Shown: positions 14,250 to 26,349 of the stretch, in pieces
How the letters are laid out: the number at the start of each line of letters is the position of its first letter
How positions within the stretch are numbered: position 1 is the first letter of the stretch
Assembly: GCA_053919585.1 (NCBI GenBank)
Contig: CM132806.1
Source of the DNA: Euprymna scolopes
Lineage: Eukaryota
DNA length: 64,000 nucleotides
Reading direction: 5' to 3' (one strand)
Made by a program: the position numbers and the translations under genes
The notes under the pieces: model-generated
Database searches by the model: none
The model's input: the letters and a program-made list of their open reading frames with translations, nothing else
Told to the model about the DNA's origin: nothing

Positions 14250-14312
14250 GATACACGGGATTGAACCTAAAATCTTTCCACCAACCTCCGGTACTCTAAC
14301 CGTTACGCTAAC
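14250..14312 (-). mobile_element. tRNA-derived SINE head or tRNA pseudogene
   Basis: Minus strand has A-box TAGCGTAACGGTTAGAG and B-box GGTTCAATCCC at tRNA-like spacing; no intact cloverleaf seen. Confidence 0.5.
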
Positions 14313-14822
14313 ATGTCATATTGGCAAAATCGCAGTAAAAAATATTTATATACAAAAAAAGTTATGCAAAATAAAAAAAAGCGTTAGTCACTTATGTATG
14401 TACTTACTCTCCTGTTTGTGAACCCACATATTTTGTTGTAACTTTTTTTCTACTGAACCAATTTTCGAAATTTTTTTTCAAAATGTAGCTAATGAGGTGT
14501 TCTATCCAACGATATAAGCTGTTTGAAATTTGGTTGCGAACGGAATTAGTGGTGGGGGTTTGAATGTGTCTCGATTCATTCAATTTCGGACTTAAGCATA
14601 TATTCAACCACTACCGTGGTTGAATGATATATATATATGTATGTATGTATCGAGTTTTGAAATCTAAGGAATCATACCTACGTAATATTTCGTTATTTGT
14701 GTTTTCTTTCGCTAATATTACTAGCTCTACCTATCTATTAGGCACTTTTGAAGGAAATACTTTAAGTGTACGCATAAATTTATACTTTTGTATATTAATT
14801 TTATGTGATTACATGAAGTAGT

Positions 14823-14902
<80 letters not shown>

Positions 14903-17900
14903 CGTATATGGTGGTGCGTAAATCACCAATATTTTGTTCACGAAAGTACGCATTCATAATTATCGGCATAGTAATAAGGAAACATCGATTATAAAAACAA
15001 TTAATTACCATGGAACCGATTACTTGTATATTTTAGGATCAGTGTTACCGTTTTAACAACAGACTAGACGTTTTAATGCGACAAATAAAGTAACAAATTT
15101 TGAGAAATATTAACTAATAATTATGAAACTGCAGAACAATTAGCTACCAATGAAAAGCAAAAGAATTGCATGTTGCATTTGACAGGCTTGTTATTACTAG
15201 TCTTTATTGAAATACATACTCGCACATAATTAAGTGTGCATTATTCATATGTAAATATTAATAACAGTTTAATGTTAAGCAATTTTTTTGTGGTTTAGTT
15301 TCGTGATTTTTTAATTTCTTTAATGCAGTTTATAACCTAGACTTTTAAATTGAATGCGTTCGGCTTTGATGGTGTTCATTTCAACATTTGATTTGACTTG
15401 TTTAATAAAGTTCCATACAAATGAAATAGGACACAAAAATAAAAAGATTCATTTGAGATCGTAATTAATTTTTAAGCAATGTTTCGTGACAAGCGAACCT
15501 CTTTTTTACTATATAATAATTTTATTCATTCACTGTATTTTATTTAGTTTTAATCCGCTTTGCTTTCCAGCACGTGTCGTATCGTTTTCTGCAATCGCAT
15601 GTAATTTGAGATGGGGAAATATCCTTTAAGGTATTTACTGACTTTTTTATGTTAGCTCTATTATCAACCAAACGTCGTACGGTGTGAAGATTCTATACGT
15701 CTCTCTCATTTTCAACCATTATATTGCATGTTTCAATTGTGTATCACTTGTCAAAGCCTCGTGTTTACCTAAAGTGGCTTTCAGGAAAATGTTCATGCAG
15801 TGCATCGAGCACGTCATCACCCGTTGTGTTATATGTGCACACAAGAATCCTATTGGGCTCTTGTTAAATTACAAGCAGAGTTTAAATTCTATCAGTGGCA
15901 ATCAATCGATGCCTAATCTGAACGAATTTCCATCATATTGGCTTACTGATAATGTGCCTTTAAGAGTGTGTGATATTGAAGTGGGTTTTATTAGTTGGTT
16001 TTCTTTGCTTTTTTAGAATCTATTTGAATACCGTAGAAAATTATTGCTTCTAACGTTGCTAATTAATCGTAATATTTAGCATGTTTTTTTATTTTAAAGA
16101 AATACATAATAAATATATACTATCTATACTTCCACATCAAAATATAATAAGCCAATGATGACATAAAATTGGCCTTAGATTGAATAGAAATTACTAAACC
16201 CATAAACAGAGGAAGTATAAAGTGACGAGATTAACCAAATCACAACCTTAATATATTTATCATTCTTAAGCATATTGTTTACGTTTGTTGTTAATTAAAT
16301 GTGCTATTCTTAGATGGGATTTTTGTCTTGAATTCAATTCCTTGCAAATTATTCGTACCAAACTATTTTTTTTATTTAATTAGAATACCTAATGATGCAT
16401 TATTAATTTACCCTGCTCATATTACAACAATTTATCAGACTAGCATGAAACATATTGAAAGAGATGGGTATCAATTGTCATACATTAGACTATGAAAAAA
16501 GCGAAAAACAATTTTTGAAGACAAGAAAAGTACACATTCGCGAAATTCTGCTTCAAACGTCTAATCTGTCAACTCCTCTCAAAATATGAGAGAAACTTAC
16601 TATGAGGTAGTCTCGTTTAAACTCCNNNNNNNNNNNNNNNNNNNNNNNNNNNNNNNNNNNNNNNNNNNNNNNNNNNNNNNNNNNNNNNNNNNNNNNNNNN
16701 NNNNNNNNNNNNNNNNNNNNNNNNNNNNNNNNNNNNNNNNNNNNNNNNNNNNNAATATTTTATTTCATGTCATGTAGTCACTTTTTTAACGGTGTTCAAA
16801 TCTTCCACTTTTTCCTTAATATTAATCATGCGACTAACTTTTCCGCGAAACATTTCATATTGAATATATTTGTTATTTATCTGATGATGTATTTTTATTT
16901 GTCTGATTATGTAATAACGTTTTTTAATTAATTTCGAATTCTTGTGTCTTCCACCAATATTAATTTCTCCAATTAACTATGTGTAGTCTTTCTATATAGA
17001 TAGGTTTGTAAGCTAAACAATATTTTGAATATCTAACATGTTTATTGCTATATGTATTAACAATTATTAAATATCTATATTATTGCTTAATATTATCAAC
17101 GTTCTAAGAACATACTTGAAGGGGGCAGGAATATTTACTGCTGATAATGTGTAAATAAAACTATTTAATGTATGGTACGAATAAACAATCAAATGTAAAA
17201 AAAATGTGCAGCGTTAAAATAGAATTATAAACATGTCAAAACAATTATACTACTTCTTATAATATATTTACAATCACAGTAGCAATGCATATTTTAATGC
17301 AATTTTGGTGATAACTGTCGTATTAGAAATTCCGTATAATATGATTAGATTCACTAGCGTTAAGTTAGAATAAATAGGCGAACGTTATATATCCGGTGTG
17401 TTTTCAAGCACTAGAGGGGAACTGAAATGAATCCGGTGACGTCACATTAACTGGAAGTTCGATAGGCTAGTGCCTATAAAATAAATTACGAACATATGTC
17501 TATAAGATAAGGAAATGAAGAATGCATTAAGATCATAATAGAATAGAATTTGCATAAAGAAATGTATGGAAAGATAGAAGAGTGCAGAATCATCGAATCT
17601 AACTAGATCTCTGTGCTGTTTTACATTGTGCTTATACATTTTCCCCAAATGCTTGAAGAAATCGAAAAAAAAAAAACTGAGAATCACAGATTTACTTTAG
17701 GACTCGCCAAGTGTAAATATGACAAGCTTGTGATTCAGTGAAAGATGTAAAGCATCAGCACACTACTATGTTTTGTAGATCAAACTACGAAAACATTGAA
17801 CTAAAAACACATCGAGAAGAGAATGGTTGAAACTAGAGGGTGATAACCCTTTCTGCTAATCTTGCGAATTTTTAAAAAAGAATCTGTCACTCTATTAACT

Positions 17901-18200
17901 ACATTGGCAACAGAACGGAAAAGAACGGACGTGACAATAATCAGCGGGCCAAGACCAAAGGATAGTATCTGTTCTTCAGATGTTGCACTTCAGTTTCTTG
18001 TTCTCTGTCAGTGGAGGAAATCCTTCACGGCTGAGCCAATTTTTATTTTTGTTCCTTTTCTCCACATAAAAAACGACCCTGGTGTCTAACTCTGTCCCGT
18101 GGGGAGGCATTGTAAATAGGACAATACTTCATAAGAACGAAACAATCTGTAAATTCGTGAACTTTGAAAGTGGGCTGAGTATCAAAGAGACAGGAATCTA

Positions 18201-18265
<65 letters not shown>

Positions 18266-18599
18266 CTTGCCAGAAAATCAAAAGAAATATTACAGAAAAA
18301 GACGAAAGTAAAAGCCTAAGTTGTCTAATCGCCAGGGACATGAAAATGAAGAAGTAAACCTAAAATAAATTAATCGAACACCGTACACCGAAGGGCAATG
18401 CAACCGGCAGACAAATGGGGTCACTAGTAAGTTCTATTAAACATAGAAATAAATAAGCAAAACACCATATATGTTAAAATCAGATTAATCGGCGAGAAAG
18501 CATGTGATATAATCCCAGCAGCAGAAAATCAATATTGAGGAATTAGTCCCGGGTAGTACCACATGAAATGATCAATAAAAACAAGTAGGGAAGGAAATC

Positions 18600-19050
18600 C
18601 TTCAACGTCTTTCTCACAGAAGAGACGCTACGAGCGTGCCACGGTTTTTGTTATTTTCATGGCAAGTGCTCGTCTTAGCTGCAATCTATGGTACCACTTC
18701 GCAACACATTCAGTAGAAACACTCATCTATCTGAAAACACTATCAATAATTTCTACCACTCTTTATCCTTATTTAGACCTAAACGTAGATTCCCTGAACA
18801 AAGCTTCTTTCTTAGAACTGCACACCTGTTGAAGTGTTTTCCGTTTGCCTACTATCCAGGTGACGACCATATGGTCGTCTTCAAATCAAACGTAAACAAG
18901 TTCTTGATGAGCCCTTGAGTATTATAATTTACCAATTTTACACTACTAACGATTACTATGATATTTACCCATTGACTATTGTACATTCTTTAACGTTGTC
19001 CATGTGGCCTTTGCGTTTTGACAAGATGGGACTCTCATGTAAACAAATAC
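18600..19050 (+). mobile_element. CR1-type LINE 3' end fragment
   Basis: Homologous to 54455-54770 (shared catggcaagtgctc, aaacgtagattcc, ttctttcttagaac, gtcttcaaatca). Confidence 0.75.
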
Positions 19051-19576
19051 ATAAAAGGGGCAATGATAGAATCCCGTCCCGAGATATACAGCAGCAGTAG
19101 GGGGATTTATTGCTGATATATACACTAGCCGGAGACAAGACTTTAAAAACAACATTTTAAAAATCAACATGTATGATTGTACAGACAAACTATTTCAAGC
19201 AAGGATACTAGGTGTTATAATATTAACGAAGCATATAATATAATAAATAGCAAGGAAGCAGAAAAAACATGTATGAAAATTGCCTATGAACTGAAAGAAA
19301 TAAAAAACGCTACTAAGGCAAATGCCATATCGACAATTAAAGCTAGACTGGAGATTATCTTAACTCGGGAATATAGAAGAATAAATATGATTCATAGATT
19401 ATGAATAAGGCAATATTTGTGAACGCAAAGACATAAATAGCTAAAAAAAATAAGGAGAAACGTCCACACAAGTACCCAAGTAAACCCAATGAAACAGCGA
19501 GATCTAATCCTCCCCGTATATGATGAAGTGGAAATACAACAAAAATACCGATAGAATATTATACACGCATAATAAA

Positions 19577-19896
19577 TATCGGATTTTAACCGACTGAAGG
19601 GGGGGGCGGCGTTTCTGCAACTCAACGGCTAAACCTGAACTCGACGTAGAAGGAAAAAACAATGAATCTCTTAACTTGTGTGGAGAATCACACATCAACG
19701 ATAGGGGTGTTTTATAACCCACAAGTTGATGCTATGCAACGTTCAGTCCTACCCACGTGGTGGACAACAAACTACTACTACTACTATAAAATCAGTCGAC
19801 CAAGCACTTTTTAAACCTTTTGCTTGAACCACTGCCTCCCAGAATTCCACTGCCTCCCCCCTCCACATCGAGTTCCGGTCAGTAATAATTACCACA
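19577..19896 (-). repeat. 3' LTR of the BEL/Pao element (320 bp)
   Basis: Matches the 5' LTR with about 11 substitutions (hand count). It lacks the 122 bp equivalent to 25781-25902, and its terminal CA is mutated to TA. It is preceded on the minus strand by a short purine-rich GATATGGGAATG. Confidence 0.92.
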
Positions 19897-20038
19897 CATT
19901 CCCATATCAAAAAAAAAAAAAAGAAAAACGAAAAAAAGAAAAATGTCTTTTACGGGATGTGAGATAGGGAAAAGAGAAGGGAATTCATCTTCTAGTTACA
20001 GTTTGCTTGAGACCTTCACCTGGAATTTCTGGTTCTTT

Positions 20039-20299
20039 TTAGACCCCTAACAAACTGGGTCTACCCCGACGCCTTGGTCTGCAAGTTAGACAATACCATT
20101 GTTCTTCTTGGTGTGCATCTACCAGGCCCACACAACCAAAGTGGAACCAGTCATTACACTGATCACAAGCCACCATAGGTCTGAAATCTTCTGGTTTATC
20201 ACATGCAGGGCAAATCAAGATTCTAACACACTCATCAGGTCGGGGCGATATATTTTGATCTGGCACATCCTCTGTTTCATGAAGAATTTCATTATCCAC
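20039..20299 (-). pseudogene. C-terminal extension of the BEL polyprotein: C4HC3 PHD finger (20081-20212) and AT-hook (20054-20080)
   Basis: CPAC-x11-CDQC-x4-H-x2-C-x13-CLTC followed by RPRRRGRPS. Same frame as the integrase tail (20344-20299 = 15 codons), separated only by TGA at 20345-20347, and inside the LTRs. Confidence 0.9.
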
Positions 20300-21900
20300 A
20301 TTTTCAGAAAGAGAATTAATCTCCAGAGGAAATAAATGGTTGATTCAATGGGTTAATGTAGCTCCATTTCCTTTTCTCACTCTTGCTGAACGAACCAACC
20401 CATCCTTTCCTTCAATCAACTCCAGGACTTCACCTATAGACCAAAATGGTCTAGTTTTAAGAGGGTCCTTTATTAACACTATGTCACCCTTTTTGATGGC
20501 ATTATCAAAGGAAGGGTCAGATAACTCAAGAGTTCTTTCACTCAGGCTCAACAGGTAATCTTCGTGCCACATCTTTCTAAACTTTTCTAAACTTTCTTCA
20601 CGAAGACGGAGCGTTATCTTTAACTCGATCCTGCTAAGTGGCTCTGTTAGTCCCAGTTCTTCATTGTCCAATCTTATCATTAAACCTTGACCCACATTTG
20701 GATTAATGAGAGAGTTGGGAGTTGGGCAATCCATTTCATTAGAGCTTTTATAATCAGAGGACGACTATTAATGGCACGCTGGATATCTGATAACATGGTT
20801 AATAAACCAAAATAGACAACCTTTCCCCTTCCTATAGTTTTGTAGAGACAGGATTTAACTGTCTTGATTGTCCTTTCCCAAGTACCTCCATACCAAGCTG
20901 AATAAAGTGGAATAGTACAATGCTTAAGGTGATAAGAACCAACCTTCTCCTTGAACTCATCAGTGATCAATCCCTGATCAATTATTTTGGCTGCAGAAAT
21001 GAAAGTCCTTGCGTTGTCAGAGTAGAGGTGAGAGGGGATTCCATTCGCATTTGTGAAACGAATAAAGGCCTGCAAGAATGAAGATACACTCATATCTGGG
21101 ACTAGTTCTATGTGAACCGCTCTGATAGCCATGCACGTGAAGATGAGGATATACATTTTATAGTCCTTCACTTCTCCCTTAACCCAGATGTGACTGGTGT
21201 AATCCACACCGGTAAAGAGATATGGTCTTACCAAATTTACTCTAGAGCTAAGAAGGTCTGTTGCATTCGGTGTCGAGAAGGCAGTGGCATTGTATCTTTT
21301 GCACTTGGCACAAGTGCTCACAATTTTTTTAACAGCCTGTCTGGCTTGTGGTATCCAATATCCTTTTAACCTTATTTCATTTTAGGTTGTTGCCAAACCC
21401 AAATGTTGGTTTCTCTGATGAGTGTCCGTTATGATCAAATCGGTTAAATGGTGTCTTTTTCCTAAAATAATTGGATTTTGCACTTCATAGGAATGCCATT
21501 CCGAGCCACCTATCCTTCCTCTTGAACGAATGATATTGGAGGTATCCAGGAATAGGTTTAAGTTTTTCACTAATTTTGGTGGACTCTTACCTTCAGGATC
21601 CAACAAAAAATCCAACTCTGCAGCAAAAGATTCCCCTTGCATCAACTTTATCAAATAGATTTTTGCCAGAAGGTGATTGTCCTCACTTCTCTTCAACGTT
21701 TTCGTGACAAACTTGAAAACCAAAGTCATTACAGTAACTAATCTGTTGAAGTTGGAAAATCTTTCTACAGAGACTATAGGGTAACTTTCGTTGTGTCTTG
21801 TAAACAAATTCATTGCAGGATGAATGCATTCCTTTTGTTCTTCCAGGAGACAACCTAACTCGAGCTTGTTCCACCGAATGTCTTCCTGCTTTATCCATGC
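20300..21900 (-). pseudogene. BEL/Pao integrase (HHCC zinc finger, DDE core, DUF5641-like tail), disrupted
   Basis: HQRNQHLG...CAKCKR zinc finger; TGVDYT, YSDNART and GGTWERTI catalytic motifs; tail FRKMWHEDYL...GDIVLIKD...GKDGLVRSARV...H*INHLFPLE. Confidence 0.92.
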
Positions 21901-24250
21901 AGGCCCTTCATACAAATAGGAAAGGTGTTCCTGAAATATTTTAAAGGAAAGTCCTCTTGTGATGTAATCGACTAGATTCTCCTTAGTTGGCACGTATTGG
22001 AAACTCAGCTCCAACTTCATTTCCGACCTGATTGTTGCAGACATTTGCGTTATATCTTGCAGCCTGTTGCGCGCAAAGATGTTTTTTGTGGTTATCGACT
22101 TTGATAGTATCCAAGCCAATACCACTTGAGCGTCCGTTAGAACATATATTTTTTCTATCAGGGAGTTCTTCAAGGCTTCCTTTATAAAGGGAAAACATTT
22201 TTATGCTAGAAACACTGACAAAAGCTCCAAAGTGGGTAGAGATTTACCTTTTAAGGGTGCTACTTTTGCTTTAGCAAACACCAGTGCAGACTGTCCATCT
22301 TGTACAGCATATGCTGAAAAGCCGTATGCACTTTTGGAGGCATCACAATATAGGAATAATTATAGGGGCTTATTGTCGTTTAGGACTCTCCTTGGAAATG
22401 ATACAGCGCCCAATTCTGTTAAGTCCTTTGCCAGAGCTTTCCAGGGTTTTTTTGACTCTTCTGAAACTTCATCATCCCAATCCAACTTTTGCCTCCAAAG
22501 TTCTCCTATCAGCATTCTGCTCCCTTCTGTCATTGGAAGATATAGGGACAAGGGATCAAATATTTTGGAAACTTCAGACAGCATTTTCCTTTTTGTTGAT
22601 GCGGTTACATCGCATTGGTGCGAACAGACCTTCATAGTATCATGTTGAGGGTTGTACAAATACCCTAAAACTTTCTCCACACAAGAATCAAAACCTGACA
22701 GAGTTCCATCTGCCGCTATTTTTTCTTGTAACACTGCACTGTTCGAGTTACAGGATTGTATCTCAAAGTTACCCTCTTGTATTCGTTCCTTCACCGCTGA
22801 GTATAACGTAGATAGAGTATCTACATCATTTCCTGTTTTCACCAAATTGTCAACATAAAAGTTGACCTGAGTACTTGGGAATATTCATCTGCAGGAAATT
22901 TTTCTGCATGATATTTTAAGACATAATTTAATATAAATGAACTTGCATTGAAACCGAATAAGATGGTAGAGTATCTGTAACAATGCAAGTTGTCGCCTTT
23001 TTTCAAGAAGAAACAAAACCGATTGCAGTCCTTTTCTAGCTCTAGACGAATCATAAGGAATGCTTTCCTTATGTCGGCCAATAATACATATTTGTTGGCC
23101 CTAAAGCGAATCAACAGTTCTAACATGTCTCCCATTAGGTTGACTCCTGGATAGGCTGCCTCATTCAAAGATGTAGCATTTGCCCCCTTGTAGGAACAAA
23201 TGAACACAGTCGTTTGATCAGTCAGTTTTAGTACCGGTCTGTGCGGAATCCATATGTACTTTTGAAAGTCTTCTGGAGTCACTGTTATTTCCTCTATAAT
23301 CCCTTCGTCTTCCTGTTGTCTAAAGACGTCTACGTATTGGTCATAGAGGCCTTTCTTCTCCAGGTCTTTAACTACTCTTTCCAGTATTCTAAGAGCAGCA
23401 TTGTAGTAAGAAGGCACAGACTTCACTTTGTCTTCATACCATGGCAGCTGTACATGGTATCGGCCATCTTTGTAGGATATAGTGTTCCTAAACTTTTGTA
23501 CCATCTCTTCATCCACGGTGGAGAATTCCTCTGTGATAGGTAACCCTAGTGAGTCCATGCTAAACATGTTTCCTAGTCTTCTCTGGACGTTTCCTTCTTC
23601 AAACCAAGCTTTTAACGGGTATGGATATTTCTCCTCTGGGTTCAGCACAAAATTAATTTTGTACTCTGAAAGTGGAGGTGTTTTGTCCAACAAGGAGGTA
23701 TAATTAAATTTTGCCCCTCTCTTCACTTTGTGTCTTGGTTTTAACTGATTCTCATACATGAATCAACGGCTGTTATCAAAGGGTACAAGCCCTCTCGGTG
23801 TGGAAAAAGCGGTTCCATACATGCAGGGTACGATTTCAAATGGTTCTAGGAATTGAATGGCGTCAACTCCCAACAGCCCCTCAATTTTAATATAACTGTC
23901 CCGGGAATTGTACTTAGTTGCTAACTGATGTTGTTTCAGGTTTTTAATTATCTGCGGAAGCTCCAGTAACTCATGAGAAAGACTCAAATGACTGGACAGA
24001 ATTTGAAGAGAGTGAACTTTCTCAGGGATAAGTCTTAACTCCACTGTGGCCTCTTTAAAAGGTCTTGTCTCTGAGCCCAAAAAGGTTTTCACTTCCAACC
24101 TACTTTCTTTAGCTGTAGAAATGCAATTCAGTTTTTCCAGCACAGAGGTATCCAAGTAGGTCCTTTGGCTTCCGGTGTCCAGGAGACAATTTATTTCCAA
24201 CTGACTATTTCCCTTTCCTACTACTATGTTGATTACAGGAGACATGAAAC
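21900..24250 (-). pseudogene. pol: BEL/Pao Pol: aspartic protease, reverse transcriptase and RNase H, disrupted
   Basis: Protease LLDTGSQRTY. RT motifs IPHRPV, SLNEAAYPGVNL, ADIRKAF and FGFNASSFIL, plus FYVDN at ~22850 across a frameshift. RNase H region: SKIFDPL, WRQKLDWDD, CDASKSAYG, TDAQVVLAW. Confidence 0.92.
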
Positions 24251-24309
24251 CATAGCTGTAATCATTCGTATGTACACAGGTGTCCACATGCACCTTGCCT
24301 CTCTTGTCT

Positions 24310-25638
24310 GGGAACATTGCTGTCACGTGGCCCTTAACAGTGCAGCTGCTACAGCTACTATATTTAGCTGTTCTCAAAGGGCACATTGCTCCCCTATGTG
24401 TCTTTTTTAGGCATCTAAAACACAGCCAAAGTTCTTTGCACCTTGTAATCCGGGCTTCATGGGAGGTGTAGCAGGGACAATTTTCCGAAGAATGTTCATG
24501 CTTTTTACAAAACTCACATTTTTGTGGTTTTGATTCCACTTTGGCATTGAAAGACTTCACGGAGGAATGTGATTCTTCTTCACATTCTTTCCTAAGTCTA
24601 GGTGGGGGGGGCTCAGCTTGGTCACAGGGTACTGTTCAGGTTTTCTATTAATCAAAAAAGGATTAATAATTTCTGGTGTCTTCAACAGGATTATTGATAA
24701 TGTTGGATAGGTTTTTCCAGAAATCCTGATTAGTTCATTTTTTATGTTGGATGGTAATTTTGCAAACAATACCTGAGAAATTATTATGGTACCTGCCGAC
24801 TGGTCATCATATAAGTCGCAGATGTATGATGCTCTAAGTTCCAATACGTCCGCCTGCGTTTTTATCATAAAGTCCTTCAACCCCACCGAGACTTTTGGAC
24901 TCTCCAAGCGAAAATCTAATATACCTTGGATTATTTCGCCACGTATTTCTTCCTCATCCAAGTATTGTTCTTTCAACAATTTTAGAGCCACTGGGTAACT
25001 GTCTTCGGAGACGGACAAGTGGTCAATAAGTTGAAGGGCTCTAACCCCAAGAGAACACCTCAAAAATATAGCTTTCCTGATGCCGATAGTATAGACATTG
25101 CACAATTCTCAAACTTAGTGAGAAAGTCCTTAAAACCTCTTCTATTTCTTTCAAAATCCCTTCCACTGAAATGTGGCTCTTTCAGTTTGATTTTAAAAGG
25201 TTCTACTGAAAAGGAAGAATGTGCGGTTGGGTTGAAGCATTTGGTTGCTTCTGGGATTCTAGTGGCTTCTTGACTATGAGGGTTGAAGGTTGGTTCAATG
25301 TTGGTGGACCTCGTATCTTCTATAGGGACCTCTGGAGTATTTCCTTCACTGACTGTCCGTACAACTCCCAGTCTCTGTCGTATCTCTCTCTTAAATCTAA
25401 ACGAAGCTTGAAAAAGTTCAGCAAGCGATTCAGCTTCCTCTTCTGCAGCCAGTTGCTCCTCCATACTCCAAGACACACACTCTAGCTCCTCTAGCCATCC
25501 TTCTATATCCTTTTCAAAAGATAAAAACACATTCAAGGATAGAGGTTCTTCTTCCATACCCACCACAGTCGCCCTTATCTTTCTTTGAAGATGGGATAGC
25601 CTTCTCTCTAGTTCCCTCCGAGTAATAGGGTCGTTCAT
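24310..25638 (-). pseudogene. gag: BEL/Pao Gag (DUF1759-like region plus three Cys-His knuckles), frameshifted
   Basis: FSG...FKDFLTKFEN...KAIFLRCSLGVRALQLIDHL...YPVALKLLKEQY, then CEFCKKHEHSSENC, CFRCLKKTHRGAMC and CSSCTVKGHVTAMF, the triple knuckle typical of BEL Gag. Confidence 0.88.
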
Positions 25639-25671
25639 TTTTTTTTTTTTTTTTTGCGTTACGTTGCAAAG

Positions 25672-25983
25672 TGTCGGATTTTAACAAACTGAAGGGGGGG
25701 CGTTTCTGCAACTCAACGGCTAAACCTGAACTCAACATAGAAGGAAAAAACAATGAAACTCTTAACTTGTGTGGAGAATCCTTCTCGGCTTTTCTCGGCT
25801 AACTGGAGTTGCAACGTATTGCCTCGTTGCTTACAACGACAAATTGTCTTTGTAATAGTAACTGTGAAACGTGTAACTTGACTAAACAAAAAAGTCCAAC
25901 TAACACATCAACGATAGGGGTGTTTTATAACCCACAAGTTGATGCTATGCAAAGTTCAGTCCGACCCACGTGGTGGACAACAA

Positions 25984-26014
<31 letters not shown>

Positions 26015-26124
26015 TAAAATCAGTCGACCAAGCGCTTTTTAAACCTTTTGCTTGAACGACTGCCTCCCAGAATTCCAATGCCTCCCCCCTCCACATCGAG
26101 TTCCGGTCAGTAATAATTACCACA
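25672..26124 (-). repeat. 5' LTR of the BEL/Pao element (453 bp)
   Basis: Reads TGTGGT...CCGACA on the minus strand (TG..CA termini), is a direct repeat of 19577-19896, and contains a (TAG)n tract. Confidence 0.93.
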
Positions 26125-26349
26125 TAAACTTCAATTTCTTTTCGTACATATCATGCACAACATTTTGCATCAACCGGCAAATAAAAGCACCAGAAATATA
26201 TATGGTGGCGGCATCAGTTCTGTTTGGTACAACAAAAATTATCATGAACAGTGAAGAAAGAACTTAGAGAGTTTAGCACTAACCATAAGAAGATGGTAAG
26301 GACTGCGGCTAAAATGTTAAGTATATTTTTAGAAAATGAGAAATCAATA

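Larger units (their letters stand above)
19577..26124 (-). mobile_element. BEL/Pao-family LTR retrotransposon, full length but inactivated
   Basis: Two direct LTRs (25672-26124 and 19577-19896) flank gag-PR-RT-RNaseH-IN in BEL order. TAAA occurs on both flanks (19573-19576 and 26125-26128), a possible target-site duplication. The reading frame has several stops and frameshifts. Confidence 0.96.

Noticed and set aside
19177-19576. RTE-like LINE remnant continuing at 26125-26340 as the BEL insertion target
   Set aside because: Only faint motif similarity; not enough to call.
20039-20299. Independent host TAF3/PHD gene exon
   Set aside because: It lies between the LTRs, on the same strand and in the same frame as the integrase tail, so it is part of the element.
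20345-20347. Programmed stop read-through regulating the PHD fusion
   Set aside because: The stop interrupts the conserved integrase-tail motif, has no typical read-through context, and the element has many other lesions; mutation is the simpler explanation.
21112-25485. Plus-strand ORFs overlapping the BEL polyprotein
   Set aside because: Antisense shadow ORFs of a coding region, with no motifs.
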